DNA of 64,000 nucleotides from an uncultured Candidatus Micrarchaeota archaeon (GTDB lineage Archaea; Micrarchaeota; Micrarchaeia; Micrarchaeales; CABMGC01): NCBI GenBank assembly GCA_963833485.1, contig CAWHXT010000005.1, positions 347,545 to 411,544 of the forward strand, read 5' to 3'. Shown piece by piece: positions 36,246 to 47,162 of this stretch (position 1 is its first letter; each line of letters starts with the position of its first letter). The notes under the pieces were generated by a model. It saw only the letters and a program-made list of their open reading frames with translations, ran no database searches and was not told where the DNA came from. The position numbers and the translations under genes were made by a program.

Positions 36246-39200
36246 ATGAAGAACAACAAGGCGCAGATTGCTATCGAATTCCTAGTAATATTTTCGTTCG
36301 TCCTGATAATATTTACATTCTTCTTCGTGCTGATAGTAAACCAGAGGGCTTCGGGGATGACCGATCAAACCTTTGCCCAGGCGCAGCTAATAGCTCAGAG
36401 CGTCGCAACGCAAATAGCTACAGCATATCAGGCGGGGAATGGCTATTCAAACCTCATGCTGTTGAGCAGCAGCATAGGCAACATACCGTTCAACGTTTCG
36501 GTAACGAAAAACGGAGTAGTGGTGGTGTCCGCGCTGAGCGTCAAGCAGGTGGTGCATGCTGTGGCATACAGTGGCGTTGACAATATCTTTTCAAGTTCTG
36601 CATACCTGACTAACTCTGTTTACCTTCTTCCAACATCCAACGGCTCAATTTACCTTCAGAACTCATTCGGCACAATATGCATAGACTATTCATGCCCTGC
36701 GACCTCCAATCAGCCCGCGACTGTCTCCATCCAAAATCAGCTGTACACGGCTGCAGTGCTCAATGGAGTCAGCGGCTACCTTGACACTGATTACTCATCC
36801 TCTCCATACTTTTCTAATACAGAGACACAGCTCGCATGGGTCTATCTTAATGCTCTTCCTAATACTGGAAATACCTATTACGTGACTTCACAACGCAGCG
36901 GCATTGGTGGAATGTACATAACCGCTACAGGTAATGTTGTGTTCAACGTATACACTGGTGGCGCAAATATGCAGGTGACCAGCAGCAACAGCATAGTCCC
37001 AGGACAATGGTACATGCTCAGTGGTATGTACTCTTCAACAGCTTCAACTGAAGGAGTCTGTATATACAATGTAACTCTATCAGGCTGCAATACGATATCT
37101 GCTACAGGCACTATAACTGCGTCGGCAAACGAACTTTACATCGGAGCTAATTCTGGGCTCAACTCTTTCTTCAACGGAAGAATAACAAATATCCAAATTT
37201 ACAACATCTCTCTATCCAATGCTCAATTGCAAGGAGAATTTTACAAAGGGATAAATGCACCTCCAATAAGCCCTTCCAACTCTATCAAAGCATGGTATCC
37301 ATTCACAGGTGGCACGGGCATCGACTTTAGCGGCAACAACGTGAGCCTTGTAGCTGGCACTCCTGTAGTCTACACCAGTGGTTCTGAGATAGAAACGCAG
37401 GTAAAGAACAGTCTTGGAAAGAACTTGGGTGCAAACGTCTTGGTAGGCTTTCAGACTTCTCTTGGAAACTTTTCCGATGGGCTCGGTCCAGGAGGATTTA
37501 CTGCTTCTTACACCAACAACAGCGGGGTCGCAATAGCCTTTCTCAACCAACAGGCAAACAACGGCAATGCAACTGTGAAAGTTTCCGCTTTCAATGGTAA
37601 CGCATCTGTCGTAGGTTCTCTTGCAGCATGGTATCCAATGAACTTTGGGCTCAGAAATAAAGCTTACGATCTTAGCTTAAATCAGAACACTGGCGGCTTG
37701 TTCGGCAATTTCACATGGACGTATCCAGATTATGTGGCGTCGTTCAATGGAAAGGCAGGATATATAGAAATTCCATCAAACACCTATTTTGATCCAGGAC
37801 AAACCACGAGCAACATAGTCGTATCTGCATGGGTGAACTTCAAAGCAGTTAGCGGCAACCAGCTCATAGTTGGAAAATGGGTAGGCGCAAACATGGAGTA
37901 TCAGCTCAGGGCAGAGAACAACCAGCTCAAATTCTACATACATATAGGAAGCAACAACTACTCTGCCGTAGCTTACAATGCGCTTGTTCCAAACACATGG
38001 TACTTTGTTGTAGGTAAATACAACTCCGGAGCTAGCAAAATAAGTCTTTTCATCAATGGTGTAATGGTCGGCGCTAACACGTTGAGCAACGCTGTGACTT
38101 CTACGTTGGCGCCAGTTTATATAGGTGGAAGAAACGGCACAAAATACACTGACTTCTTCAACGGTTCCATCGCCAACATACAGATATCACATAACGACAT
38201 TCCAGCAAACGTGATAGAATCAATGTACATGAGTGGAATAGATGGTGTGTCTCATACCTCAAGTGCAACCTCCCCAGGGCTTGTAGCAAGATATCCTCTT
38301 GACGGAGATGCATTTGACTATTCAGGAAATAACTTCAATGGCACTCTAATCGGGAATGTTTCATTCACTCCTATTTCAAGTGTCTTGCCAATGCAGTTTC
38401 TTTCAAGTGGTGGTGTCGCAAAGACAACAGCGGCCTCTTTCAATGGTGTGATAAGCTATGTAGCCCTTCCACCACTACAACTACTGAATCATACAACAAA
38501 TGCTTCTATTTCAGCATGGGTCAATCCTCAACCATTTAACCACAATGTTATAATATTTGCAGAGACAAAGAACAGCCTCGGGTTTGCTCCAGTAATGCAG
38601 CTCTTTATCAACGGTACCAGCCAAGTTGAAGCGGACTTCGGCACCGGAATTGCATGGATGGTAAAAGCTAAGACTGTTGGAAGCAACTCTCTGTTCGACC
38701 CGATAGACACGGTGCCTTCTTGGTACAACATAGTGGCCACCTGGGAGAGCGGCACAGGAGTCAATATTTATATAAATGGAGTCAAACAGCAGCTTACTTA
38801 TACTTTGGGAAGCGCAGCGACTACAGGAACGCTTGTGATACCGTACAATCCAACCACCTACATTGGATACAACGGTACCTCTGCTGCAACTTTCAACGGG
38901 CGCATCGCGAACCTTCAGCTCTACAATGTAAACCTCACCAGTACTCAGACTCAAAGGCTTTATTATGAGGGTCTTTCAGGTCTACCTGTTAACCAGACAG
39001 GACTTGTTGCATGGTACCAGCTCGATGGTGCAGCAATAGACTATGGTCGCAATGGATACAACGGAACCGCAACCAACGTGATTTATGCAGATACGCAGAT
39101 AACACAGCCGTCCCTCACCAGTTCACTTAACGGCACAGGCATAAACTTCAACTCCAAATTTGGGTACGCAATATTGCCTGTTAGTTCTTCTTTAGAGTCA

Positions 39201-39707
39201 TCACAGTTCACAATATCTTTCTTTGCAAATCCATCAGCTATGAAGGGTACCATATGGCTCTCAAATGACAACTACTTCGGCGCTGGAAATTCTGGGAACA
39301 ACGGTTGGAGAATCCTAAGCTCTTCTAGCTCTTACAACGGGGTTTATCTCGCGACTTTCAACGGCGTTACAGAAGTAGACAGCAATACTCTACCTGTTAA
39401 GAACATGAGCTGGACGCAGTTCGCATTTACATATGGTGGGGGCGTCATCTCATCATACGAAAACGGCAAGTTTGTAGGAAACGTTATGTATAGCCAAAAT
39501 TATCTCCCTTCTCTTCCATTAGGAAATGGAAATTATATGGTAATAGGAGGGGGCGATGGTGGAGATCCTACAAGCTTCTTCAATGGCAGCATCTCTAATT
39601 TGCAGATATATGGCTCGGTACTTAACCAACAACAGATAAGCCAATTATATGCTAGTCCCACATCTCCAAGCGCCCAGGTGACAGTTCCGATGAGTTGGTT
39701 CCCATGA
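36246..39707 (+). CDS. Giant (1153 aa) class-III-signal (pilin-like) protein with four LamG/concanavalin-A-like modules; putative pilus-borne adhesin
   Basis: Starts at ATG 36246: MKNNKA|QIAIEFLVIFSFVLIIFTFFFVLIV. There are four copies of (F)FNGxIxN(I/L)Q(I/L)(Y/S)...LYxxG, with (L/I)xAWYPxxG..DxSGN joints between them. Confidence 0.8.
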   Translation: MKNNKAQIAIEFLVIFSFVLIIFTFFFVLIVNQRASGMTDQTFAQAQLIAQSVATQIATAYQAGNGYSNLMLLSSSIGNIPFNVSVTKNGVVVVSALSVKQVVHAVAYSGVDNIFSSSAYLTNSVYLLPTSNGSIYLQNSFGTICIDYSCPATSNQPATVSIQNQLYTAAVLNGVSGYLDTDYSSSPYFSNTETQLAWVYLNALPNTGNTYYVTSQRSGIGGMYITATGNVVFNVYTGGANMQVTSSNSIVPGQWYMLSGMYSSTASTEGVCIYNVTLSGCNTISATGTITASANELYIGANSGLNSFFNGRITNIQIYNISLSNAQLQGEFYKGINAPPISPSNSIKAWYPFTGGTGIDFSGNNVSLVAGTPVVYTSGSEIETQVKNSLGKNLGANVLVGFQTSLGNFSDGLGPGGFTASYTNNSGVAIAFLNQQANNGNATVKVSAFNGNASVVGSLAAWYPMNFGLRNKAYDLSLNQNTGGLFGNFTWTYPDYVASFNGKAGYIEIPSNTYFDPGQTTSNIVVSAWVNFKAVSGNQLIVGKWVGANMEYQLRAENNQLKFYIHIGSNNYSAVAYNALVPNTWYFVVGKYNSGASKISLFINGVMVGANTLSNAVTSTLAPVYIGGRNGTKYTDFFNGSIANIQISHNDIPANVIESMYMSGIDGVSHTSSATSPGLVARYPLDGDAFDYSGNNFNGTLIGNVSFTPISSVLPMQFLSSGGVAKTTAASFNGVISYVALPPLQLLNHTTNASISAWVNPQPFNHNVIIFAETKNSLGFAPVMQLFINGTSQVEADFGTGIAWMVKAKTVGSNSLFDPIDTVPSWYNIVATWESGTGVNIYINGVKQQLTYTLGSAATTGTLVIPYNPTTYIGYNGTSAATFNGRIANLQLYNVNLTSTQTQRLYYEGLSGLPVNQTGLVAWYQLDGAAIDYGRNGYNGTATNVIYADTQITQPSLTSSLNGTGINFNSKFGYAILPVSSSLESSQFTISFFANPSAMKGTIWLSNDNYFGAGNSGNNGWRILSSSSSYNGVYLATFNGVTEVDSNTLPVKNMSWTQFAFTYGGGVISSYENGKFVGNVMYSQNYLPSLPLGNGNYMVIGGGDGGDPTSFFNGSISNLQIYGSVLNQQQISQLYASPTSPSAQVTVPMSWFP

Positions 39708-40240
39708 AAGCACAGTTCCTATCTTTTGATGCTATATTCGCGATCGTGATATTCTTATTCACAGTATCACTGCTATCATTTGTTTGGTACACCACTAATG
39801 CACAGTTTTCCATAATATCCGGAGGTGCAACCCAAAGCACCCAACTTCAACTTCAAGAACTAAGTGAAAGGCTTCTTGGTCCTGGCTCTCCATCTAACTG
39901 GTACACTGGTCTAATAACAAACTCGTCTTCTACTTGGGGCAACATCAGTATCGGTCTTGGTGGCGCTGGAGCCTCTGGGAATCTCTCGATGCAGAAGATT
40001 ACCACCCTTGCATCAATGTCAAATAGCAATTATCAAGTAACAAAGCCGCTTCTTGGGGTGGGTTACGATTACTACATAGTGATAAACGGGAGAGGTTTTT
40101 CGATACAGATCGGTTCAAAACCCAAAGCTTTCAACAATCTGCTTAGCATTCAGACTTCCACGAAAAGTGTCATTGTTGCTGGGCAGCCGGCGCAGATGCA
40201 AATGTATTTATGGACAAATTCGTCCTTTGGTATAGGCTAA
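39704..40240 (+). CDS. Type IV pilin-like protein (178 aa) with a class-III signal peptide
   Basis: MKA|QFLSFDAIFAIVIFLFTVSLLSFVWY. Its ATG overlaps the upstream stop (ATGA at 39704..39707). Confidence 0.7.
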   Translation: MKAQFLSFDAIFAIVIFLFTVSLLSFVWYTTNAQFSIISGGATQSTQLQLQELSERLLGPGSPSNWYTGLITNSSSTWGNISIGLGGAGASGNLSMQKITTLASMSNSNYQVTKPLLGVGYDYYIVINGRGFSIQIGSKPKAFNNLLSIQTSTKSVIVAGQPAQMQMYLWTNSSFGIG

Positions 40241-40243
40241 AAA

Positions 40244-42400
40244 ATGAAAGGGATAATATTCACACTCGATGCAGTCTTCTCGATGATTATAGCCATGGCA
40301 AGCCTTACGGTGCTGCTTTACTTCTTCTACGCCCCGCAGACAACCGCAACCATTAGCTACTCTGAAGTGTCTACAACCCTGCAGCTCCTTCTGTCCACTT
40401 CTCCTGCCAACGTATCCCTCACAAACAGGGTGGTTAGTATGATAGCCGCACAAACGAACGTGAGTAACGAAGTATGGGACATGGGATACAGGGACAATAA
40501 GAACAATGCGGGCAACGTGCACGGTCCCGCATATCCTATAGTATCCTTCATCTTTAATGCAAGCCAGCCGATCATGAGTAAGGTGGTCGCAGATTATGGA
40601 AAGATATACTTTGCAACAAGTAACACAGTATACGCGGTAAACGCTACTACAGGAGCGCTCGTTTGGAAGTTACATTCCCCGACAAACGTAATAGGGAACC
40701 TAACCATAGCCCCTGGGCTTCTAATCTATGCAAACACCACCAACCTTGATGCGATAGATCCAAACACCAACTCGCTCATATGGACAACTAGCATCATAGG
40801 TGTTTTCAATCATGAAATATCAAATCCTATAATCTACAATGGTAGAATATATGTGGGCGCAGATCAGAGCAAAGCTTCTAACGTGATTGCCTTCTCTACA
40901 GCAAACGGAACAGAGGTGTGGACGTACTATATACCCAACATAATAGGTTCAATGGCCATCGTAGACGGGTCGCTTCTTGTAAAAGGAAATAGTAACACCA
41001 TCACTCTTCTTGGAGACATAGGGAGTAGCTCGAATGTGCTATGGACCCAGACTTACTTAACTCCAGTAACCAATGTCGCAAGCTTCAACAGTACCATTGT
41101 GGCCGGAATAGGCGGCCCAGCCGACTTTCTCTACGTCAACGGAATACTAAAGGCCTCAGTAGCGTCTACCGTAAATTCCGTTTCTATCTTAAACAACACC
41201 GTAGCTATCCAGACTCCAAACGGAGTTCTCGCCTATTCGACGAACGCGAACCCTATTTACACCATTAGCTCATCTTGCTCAGGATGCGGCACTGCAATGC
41301 TAAACTCAACTCCCGTAATCTCTTCTTCTCTTATCTACTCCCTTTGGTCTGGGAATTACCTTTTGGCGCAGAATGCGTCCGGAGCTTTAGCTTGGACGAC
41401 TCACATTCCTTACAACGGGCTTAAGCCTTACATGACACTCGCATATGGGAAGCTTTACTTAAGCGCCGGAACTCTACTCTTAGCATACGGCTCGTGTAGC
41501 ACCCCTTATCAAAAATCCTTGCTTAGCATGGCAGCGGCTCTTTATCTAAATGGATATGGAGGATGCGCAGACGCGCTCATAGATTATGTCAATCCGATGA
41601 CAAATTACAGCATATTCCTAAACGGCACCTTCGCACCATCAACCGATATCGCAAGTTTCAATTCGCTGAACAAGAGCAATATAATAGTTCCAAATAGCCC
41701 ACTTAACAACGTTCTCCTTAACAACTCTTTCACATGGTCATTCTGGTTCAACGCTAGCTCATGGGGACCGACAAACGGCCTGATAACAGATACATGCTAT
41801 ACTAGCGGATGCCCAGAGTTCTTGGAGACAGTGAATGCACAAAAGGCTAAATTGATTGAGTTCACCGTAAATGGGGCCGGAACCAACTCTCCAGTATACG
41901 CTTCAATAAGCGCTAAGACCTGGACTTACATTGCAGGCACTTTCAGCAACATAGTCGGAAACACCACACTTTATGTTAATGGGGTAAAGGTGAATTCTCT
42001 GTCATACAACATGATCCGCACCATCCTCTCGCAAAACATAATCATTGGAGGTTATCTCTCAGGAAACTACTTCAATGGGAGCATTGCAGATTTTCAGATA
42101 TATAATATCTCACTCACCCCAACACAGGTAGCCAAGCTTTACTACAGCGGCATCCAGGGTCCGCCGCTTCAAAATGCGGGTCTCGTTGCCTGGTTCCCAT
42201 TAGACGGAGACGCGAACAACTATGCGACCTCCGGGATAACAGGCTATCCTATAAACATAATATATTCAAATGGCAACTATTTGCCATTAGGCTATACCAG
42301 CTCCTATAAAACGAGCGAGAGCGCTACGGTGCTGCCTATAGTGAATTATAGTACTGGTTCGATCAAGCCGTACAAGGTAAGTGTTGTTGCATGGAGATGA
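40244..42400 (+). CDS. Class-III-signal protein (718 aa) with a PQQ-like beta-propeller region and one C-terminal LamG module
   Basis: MKG|IIFTLDAVFSMIIAMASLTVLLYFF. The blades resemble YAVNATTGALVWK, LDAIDPNTNSLIWT and IAFSTANGTEVWTY. The LamG signature is YFNGSIADFQIYNISLTPTQVAKLYYSG followed by LVAWFPLDGDANNY. Confidence 0.78.
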   Translation: MKGIIFTLDAVFSMIIAMASLTVLLYFFYAPQTTATISYSEVSTTLQLLLSTSPANVSLTNRVVSMIAAQTNVSNEVWDMGYRDNKNNAGNVHGPAYPIVSFIFNASQPIMSKVVADYGKIYFATSNTVYAVNATTGALVWKLHSPTNVIGNLTIAPGLLIYANTTNLDAIDPNTNSLIWTTSIIGVFNHEISNPIIYNGRIYVGADQSKASNVIAFSTANGTEVWTYYIPNIIGSMAIVDGSLLVKGNSNTITLLGDIGSSSNVLWTQTYLTPVTNVASFNSTIVAGIGGPADFLYVNGILKASVASTVNSVSILNNTVAIQTPNGVLAYSTNANPIYTISSSCSGCGTAMLNSTPVISSSLIYSLWSGNYLLAQNASGALAWTTHIPYNGLKPYMTLAYGKLYLSAGTLLLAYGSCSTPYQKSLLSMAAALYLNGYGGCADALIDYVNPMTNYSIFLNGTFAPSTDIASFNSLNKSNIIVPNSPLNNVLLNNSFTWSFWFNASSWGPTNGLITDTCYTSGCPEFLETVNAQKAKLIEFTVNGAGTNSPVYASISAKTWTYIAGTFSNIVGNTTLYVNGVKVNSLSYNMIRTILSQNIIIGGYLSGNYFNGSIADFQIYNISLTPTQVAKLYYSGIQGPPLQNAGLVAWFPLDGDANNYATSGITGYPINIIYSNGNYLPLGYTSSYKTSESATVLPIVNYSTGSIKPYKVSVVAWR

Positions 42401-45079
42401 AAACAAACAGCAAGAAGGGCCAGCTGATGACGATATTGGTACTGATACTGTTCCTTCTGCTGCTCTCCACGCTCATCTCATACGCAATACTTACAATAAG
42501 CTATAACACAATAGACCAGAATCTCGACCTCTCGGAGGGCTCTCTTGTAAACCTGAGAACGCTTTCTGCAAGCGGTAGCACTTTCGCTAATGCAAGCCTC
42601 AGCACTGCGTTAGTGACTCTCGCAAAATATGAATACAATGCGTCCATGAGAAAATCTAACTTCATAAACAACACTGCCGTCTTCCTAGAATATTTGATTA
42701 CCAACGGCATACTTCCCGGAGTTGCACCGGGTTCAACTGCCGGGCGCTACTTGCTTAAGAGTATGGGCAGCCTCACACTAATTACGTACAACTCCTACCT
42801 CTCAAACACTCTCGGCACTGCAGCAACATCCTTAGTGATAAATGAATCAAACGTCTCAGTTTTCCAGAGTAGTCCGACATCTTTATCTGTCACATATATA
42901 GAAAATCTACTCATGAACTCCTCTAGCGGAACTTACAGATACAACATACCGATAAACGCCACGATATCCCTGAATGGGACCCCAGATCTGCTTAGTTACG
43001 AACTCGGGATTCCTGAAAATATCAAGTTTGGAGATACGACAAACCTTACCGTTTCTCTCGGTGGCACCTCTGCGATAAATGGGGTGGGCACAGGCTACAT
43101 ATATGGGATAGTGGCGACGGTACCAAAACACAGTCACGTGCGCGACCATAGGAAGCAGCGTACCGGCAGGTTTCAACAGCGCGCCTTTCAACTCTTACAT
43201 AATAATTTCAACGACAAATGCCTACGGCATAACTGGAGGAGGCTGCACTGCAGCAAACTGGTACGGAGGGCTTATAACGGAGAACGTTCAGACGCCATCA
43301 TCAATTACGGTTCCATGGCTCCAATATCCTATCACCAAAACCACCCTCTTCGGAAACATAATAACCGGACAGCAGATCCTATTGGATCAACAGTCGCTTT
43401 CAACCTACAACATACAGAATCTGATAAATGCAGCAGGCAATGGTTATTATTTCTCTTCGCCTTTTGCCCCATCTTATCTTACCAGAGCGCAGGATTCCTT
43501 CACCCAGCCTTCTTCTTATGGAATTTTTACATTTTCAGATTACAACCTTCCCGCTGCGACCTTCAACGGTTTAGGAAAAATAACAGCTACAGCGCCCACA
43601 ATCAACACTGTTGCTGGCGGTTATGACACCGTATCCTTCTGGATGACATGGAATGGAGTTGCAGACATGGTTCCGTTCGGCTTCACTGCATCTTCCAACA
43701 ACTATAACTTTTACATCAGCTCTGCAACATGCGCAGGAGTAAGCGTCAGCCTAGGGTCACCCGGTGACGTATACGGCATAACCAACACGGTAGCATTTAA
43801 TCAAAAATGGGCTTTTGTGACTCTAGAATTATACAATGGCCCTTATACAGCAAACACCCTCATATTCATAAATGGCCAGAATCAGAAACTTTCTCAGTGT
43901 CTTGGTTCAGCATGGCCGACCTCCACAATTTCAACGCAGTTTACGATTTCAGGATGGAGCGTCAACAACCTGCATAGGTTCAACAGGAGCATCGCAAATG
44001 TGCAGATATACAACACGTCATTATCCTCTTATCAAGTCTTTCAACTCTACGAAGAGGGAATATCTGGCGTTCCGCTAAACACCAATTCTCTTGTAGCCTG
44101 GTATCCATTAAGAAACAATGCTAATGACCTTAGCGGAAACGGTTTCAATGGGGTAGCATCAAACGTAGTATATACTGAAATAAACAACTACTCTATGGAC
44201 AGCTTCCTGACTAGGAACGTGCCGACCAACACATCTGATATACCAGGGCTGCTTTCCTCTTGCAGGCTAACTTCTCAATGCCTCAATTATAATAGTCCTG
44301 GTGTGTCGATAGGCTATAATCCATTAGAAGTGCAAAGCCAGCTCGGGCAGGTCGCAAATCTTAATGGATACAGCTCCAACATACCAACAGGGGTAGTTTA
44401 TCTGCCCGGTAACACGGTTCCTCGTACAATATCCTTCTGGGCCTATCCCGCAAATGGAAACGTACCGGCATACCAATATCTAGTAGCGGAAACAGGAACC
44501 GCATCAAGCTTAGCTTGTTCTGGGTACTGTCTCAGCTACGGACGCTCCTCTTCAGGAGTCCCTAATACGATAAGCGTAAGCGCTTGCGGCGTAACCTTCT
44601 CAAGCGCCAGTCCTGCCCAGATGGGCCAATGGAGCCATTTTATATTAGAGCTTGGTCCTAATTCGGCTACTGGAACCAACACCATAAATCTCACAATCAA
44701 TGGAGTGACTGGAATCTCAGTTCTTGATAGGTGTTCTAGTAATTCCAACTCTCTTGTGATTGGGAGCGCAAACGGAAACGGAGATTTCTTCAACGGTTCG
44801 ATAACAAATGTGCAGATATATGGTGGCACATTGACTAGTGCGCAGAGGCTTCAGCTTTTCAATGAGGGGGTATTTGGATTGCCGATTACAAACAATGCAA
44901 ATCTTATGGGATGGTATCCACTTCAAGGAAATGCAAACGATTACAGCGGAAATAATAATAAGAATGTGTTTGCTAACAATGTGACCTATCCTTACTTCAG
45001 CGGGCTGTACGCATTTAACGGGCTTTCCACAGTATCAAGCAGCACAAACGAGTGGGGTACAATAGGAATAACTAGATGA
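42397..45079 (+). CDS. Class-III-signal protein (about 890 aa) with two LamG modules; interrupted by a frameshift at an A4 run
   Basis: MKTNSKKG|QLMTILVLILFLLLL, with ATGA overlap on the upstream stop. The ORF pieces 42391..43626 and 43382..45079 join as ...GIVATVP-NTVTCATIGSSVPAGFNSAPF... if one A of 43125..43128 is skipped. The LamG signatures are RFNRSIANVQIYNTSLSSYQVFQLYEEG and FFNGSITNVQIYGGTLTSAQRLQLFNEG. Confidence 0.75.
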
Positions 45080-46073
45080 TTATCAGGTCGCTCCTATAGA
45101 TCCGAATACGCTTCCTATTACCTGTGGAGCACACCAGATATATCATTATACCTATCACTAGGAATATTGGCATGTACCGAAGCCCTTTAATCAGCGATCC
45201 GTTTGATATTGCTGAAGTTATAAACGCTCCGAAACCAGTTATCAAGATTATCGCGGTTAGTGCAAAGTTATGATAGTCGTTTATTGATATCTTGGGTGGG
45301 CTAGGCTTCAGGAATGATACGCCGGCAGTAGGCAGGCCCCCCGGGTTCTGTTTCAGTATTCCAGCCCAAACAGTGTCGGTTATTGTTATCATCTGGGTTG
45401 TAAGTGCGTAAAGCACAGGGGCTCCAACCAAAGCAGCGAACGCAATAAATATAGTGTACATGAACAGCTGACCAGATATCTCCTTCTGAATTATCTGTTG
45501 ATTTCTCAGATCCTTTGCAACCTGGTTAAGAAGGTCTGTCATGCCTCCTCCATATTGTATTGCCTCAATCATCATCCTTATCGTGTGTTTCAGCTGCAGA
45601 GATCTGTATCTTTCACCAAGCTGTGTGAGCGAGTTCTGTAGCGTTTCTCCAGCGTAAAGGTTTTTGCTGACCAGCTTGATGTCATCGCTGAAGTATTTGA
45701 ACTCTGGTCTTGCGGAGAAAATCATTGCCTTGTCTATCGAGATTCCGCTTCTCACGTTTGCTGCAGTTATCTGAAGATAATCTGGCAGAATCTCATCAAC
45801 GAACGATTTTCTTCCATCTATCTTGAACTCAAGGTAAACGTAAAGTAGTATCTCATAGAAGATCATCGCAGAGATTCCTGCTAGAGCAGCCAAGCCCGGA
45901 TTAAACTTCCATATGAGGACCATGCTGAATGAAAGCAGTATGAGAAGGCCTATGCCTCCGTAGATTGCAATCCTTATCGCAGAGCTTACCGTTCTTTTCT
46001 CTCCAGCAAGGTCAAGCTCTCTAGATATGAATACCGCGACGTTCCTTGAAACCAGCTTTTCGAATGAAACCAT
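45072..46073 (-). CDS. Type II secretion system F-domain membrane platform protein (TadC/EpdK/FlaJ-like)
   Basis: LPDYLQITAANVRSGISIDKAM...GETLQNSL...IEAIQYGGGMTDLLNQVAKDLR plus flanking TM helices. Confidence 0.8.
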   Translation of the reverse strand: MVSFEKLVSRNVAVFISRELDLAGEKRTVSSAIRIAIYGGIGLLILLSFSMVLIWKFNPGLAALAGISAMIFYEILLYVYLEFKIDGRKSFVDEILPDYLQITAANVRSGISIDKAMIFSARPEFKYFSDDIKLVSKNLYAGETLQNSLTQLGERYRSLQLKHTIRMMIEAIQYGGGMTDLLNQVAKDLRNQQIIQKEISGQLFMYTIFIAFAALVGAPVLYALTTQMITITDTVWAGILKQNPGGLPTAGVSFLKPSPPKISINDYHNFALTAIILITGFGAFITSAISNGSLIKGLRYMPIFLVIGIMIYLVCSTGNRKRIRIYRSDLIII

Positions 46074-46077
46074 AATA

Positions 46078-47139
46078 TCACAGGCTGAATGAAGGCCTTG
46101 AGCTTCTCATTATGTTCGTGAATATCAACTGCAGGAAGAATATTCCCACAAGTCCCATGATGAGTGTTGTCTGATCTACTGTGAAGATGTTTATGAACGT
46201 TGTAAGTATTGCCATAACCGCTATCCCCATGCTTGGGAATATGACCCCGAAGAGCATGTAGAACATTGCAAGCGCGTTTAGTCTTTGTCCGTACCTTCTC
46301 AACTCTATCACCCTCTCCTGGCCGACCTCATCGAGCACGCCTTGCATCGCTCCAACAAGGTCTGCACCAGATTTTATGCTGACCGAAGCCTGCAGCATTA
46401 TCCTCTTGAAAGTCTTTGAGTTGCTCTTCACGCTCGTCTCATCAATCGCCTGCTCTATCGGCATGCCAAGCTGCACCAGCTCCACAACCTTCGCGAACTC
46501 TCTGCTCGCCGCGCCGTATCCTGTGCTCACCGCAGTCATCGCGTTGAACAGCGGCATGCCTGACCTCATACCTATCACAATATCCCTAACTGCGAACACG
46601 ATGTCCTTCTCGACTTCCTTTCCAACGTTCTTGCTTCTGTCTATCGGATACTGTATGAACTTGTTGAAGAAGGCGTAGAAGATCGCAATTCCTATGACTA
46701 TTCCAAGGATTGGGGTCACATTCACTTTTATCATCACGTAAGAAACAACAAACGTAATCACTATCGCTAGCAAAGCTGAGTATATGAACATCTTCTTCAC
46801 GAAGTCGTACATGCTTTCCTTCACGCCCTGCTCCCTAAGTGCAGTCTCAAGGTTCTTGTGTCTCGCCGCGGTGGTGGTTATGAACATCTGGAAGGCGTTC
46901 ATCTTCCTTACCGTACCCTGCTTTTCGCCTTTCTCTACCTTGCCGCCTCTTTGCTTCCTGCCTATCTCCTGCACCTGTTCTGCGAAGCCGCTTGGGGTTT
47001 CAACAGCTGCGCTGTCTCCATAGATCGGCGTTGCCTTGGTCTTGAAAAATAAGAACCTCTTGGGCTTGGTGAATCCTACTATCTGCTTGTTCTGCATTCC
47101 CAGGTCGTCTTCTTTTTTATCCTTCTTCTTAAAAAGCAT
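46078..47139 (-). CDS. Second T2SS-F-domain membrane platform protein (TadB/EpdJ-like)
   Basis: DIVFAVRDIVIGMRSGMPLFNAM...LGMPIEQAI...SVSIKSGADLVGAMQGVLDEV plus TM helices. Confidence 0.78.
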   Translation of the reverse strand: MLFKKKDKKEDDLGMQNKQIVGFTKPKRFLFFKTKATPIYGDSAAVETPSGFAEQVQEIGRKQRGGKVEKGEKQGTVRKMNAFQMFITTTAARHKNLETALREQGVKESMYDFVKKMFIYSALLAIVITFVVSYVMIKVNVTPILGIVIGIAIFYAFFNKFIQYPIDRSKNVGKEVEKDIVFAVRDIVIGMRSGMPLFNAMTAVSTGYGAASREFAKVVELVQLGMPIEQAIDETSVKSNSKTFKRIMLQASVSIKSGADLVGAMQGVLDEVGQERVIELRRYGQRLNALAMFYMLFGVIFPSMGIAVMAILTTFINIFTVDQTTLIMGLVGIFFLQLIFTNIMRSSRPSFSL

Positions 47140-47162
47140 TTACACACGTCGCCTGATGGTTA

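Noticed and set aside
43125-43128. Phase variation of the adhesin/pilus genes by slipped-strand mispairing at the frameshift sites (A4 in the pilin-LamG gene; GG near 49181 in the ATPase).
   Set aside because: The tracts are far shorter than known contingency-locus homopolymers. The same kind of frameshift also hits housekeeping genes (trxB), so a general sequencing or decay explanation is more economical.
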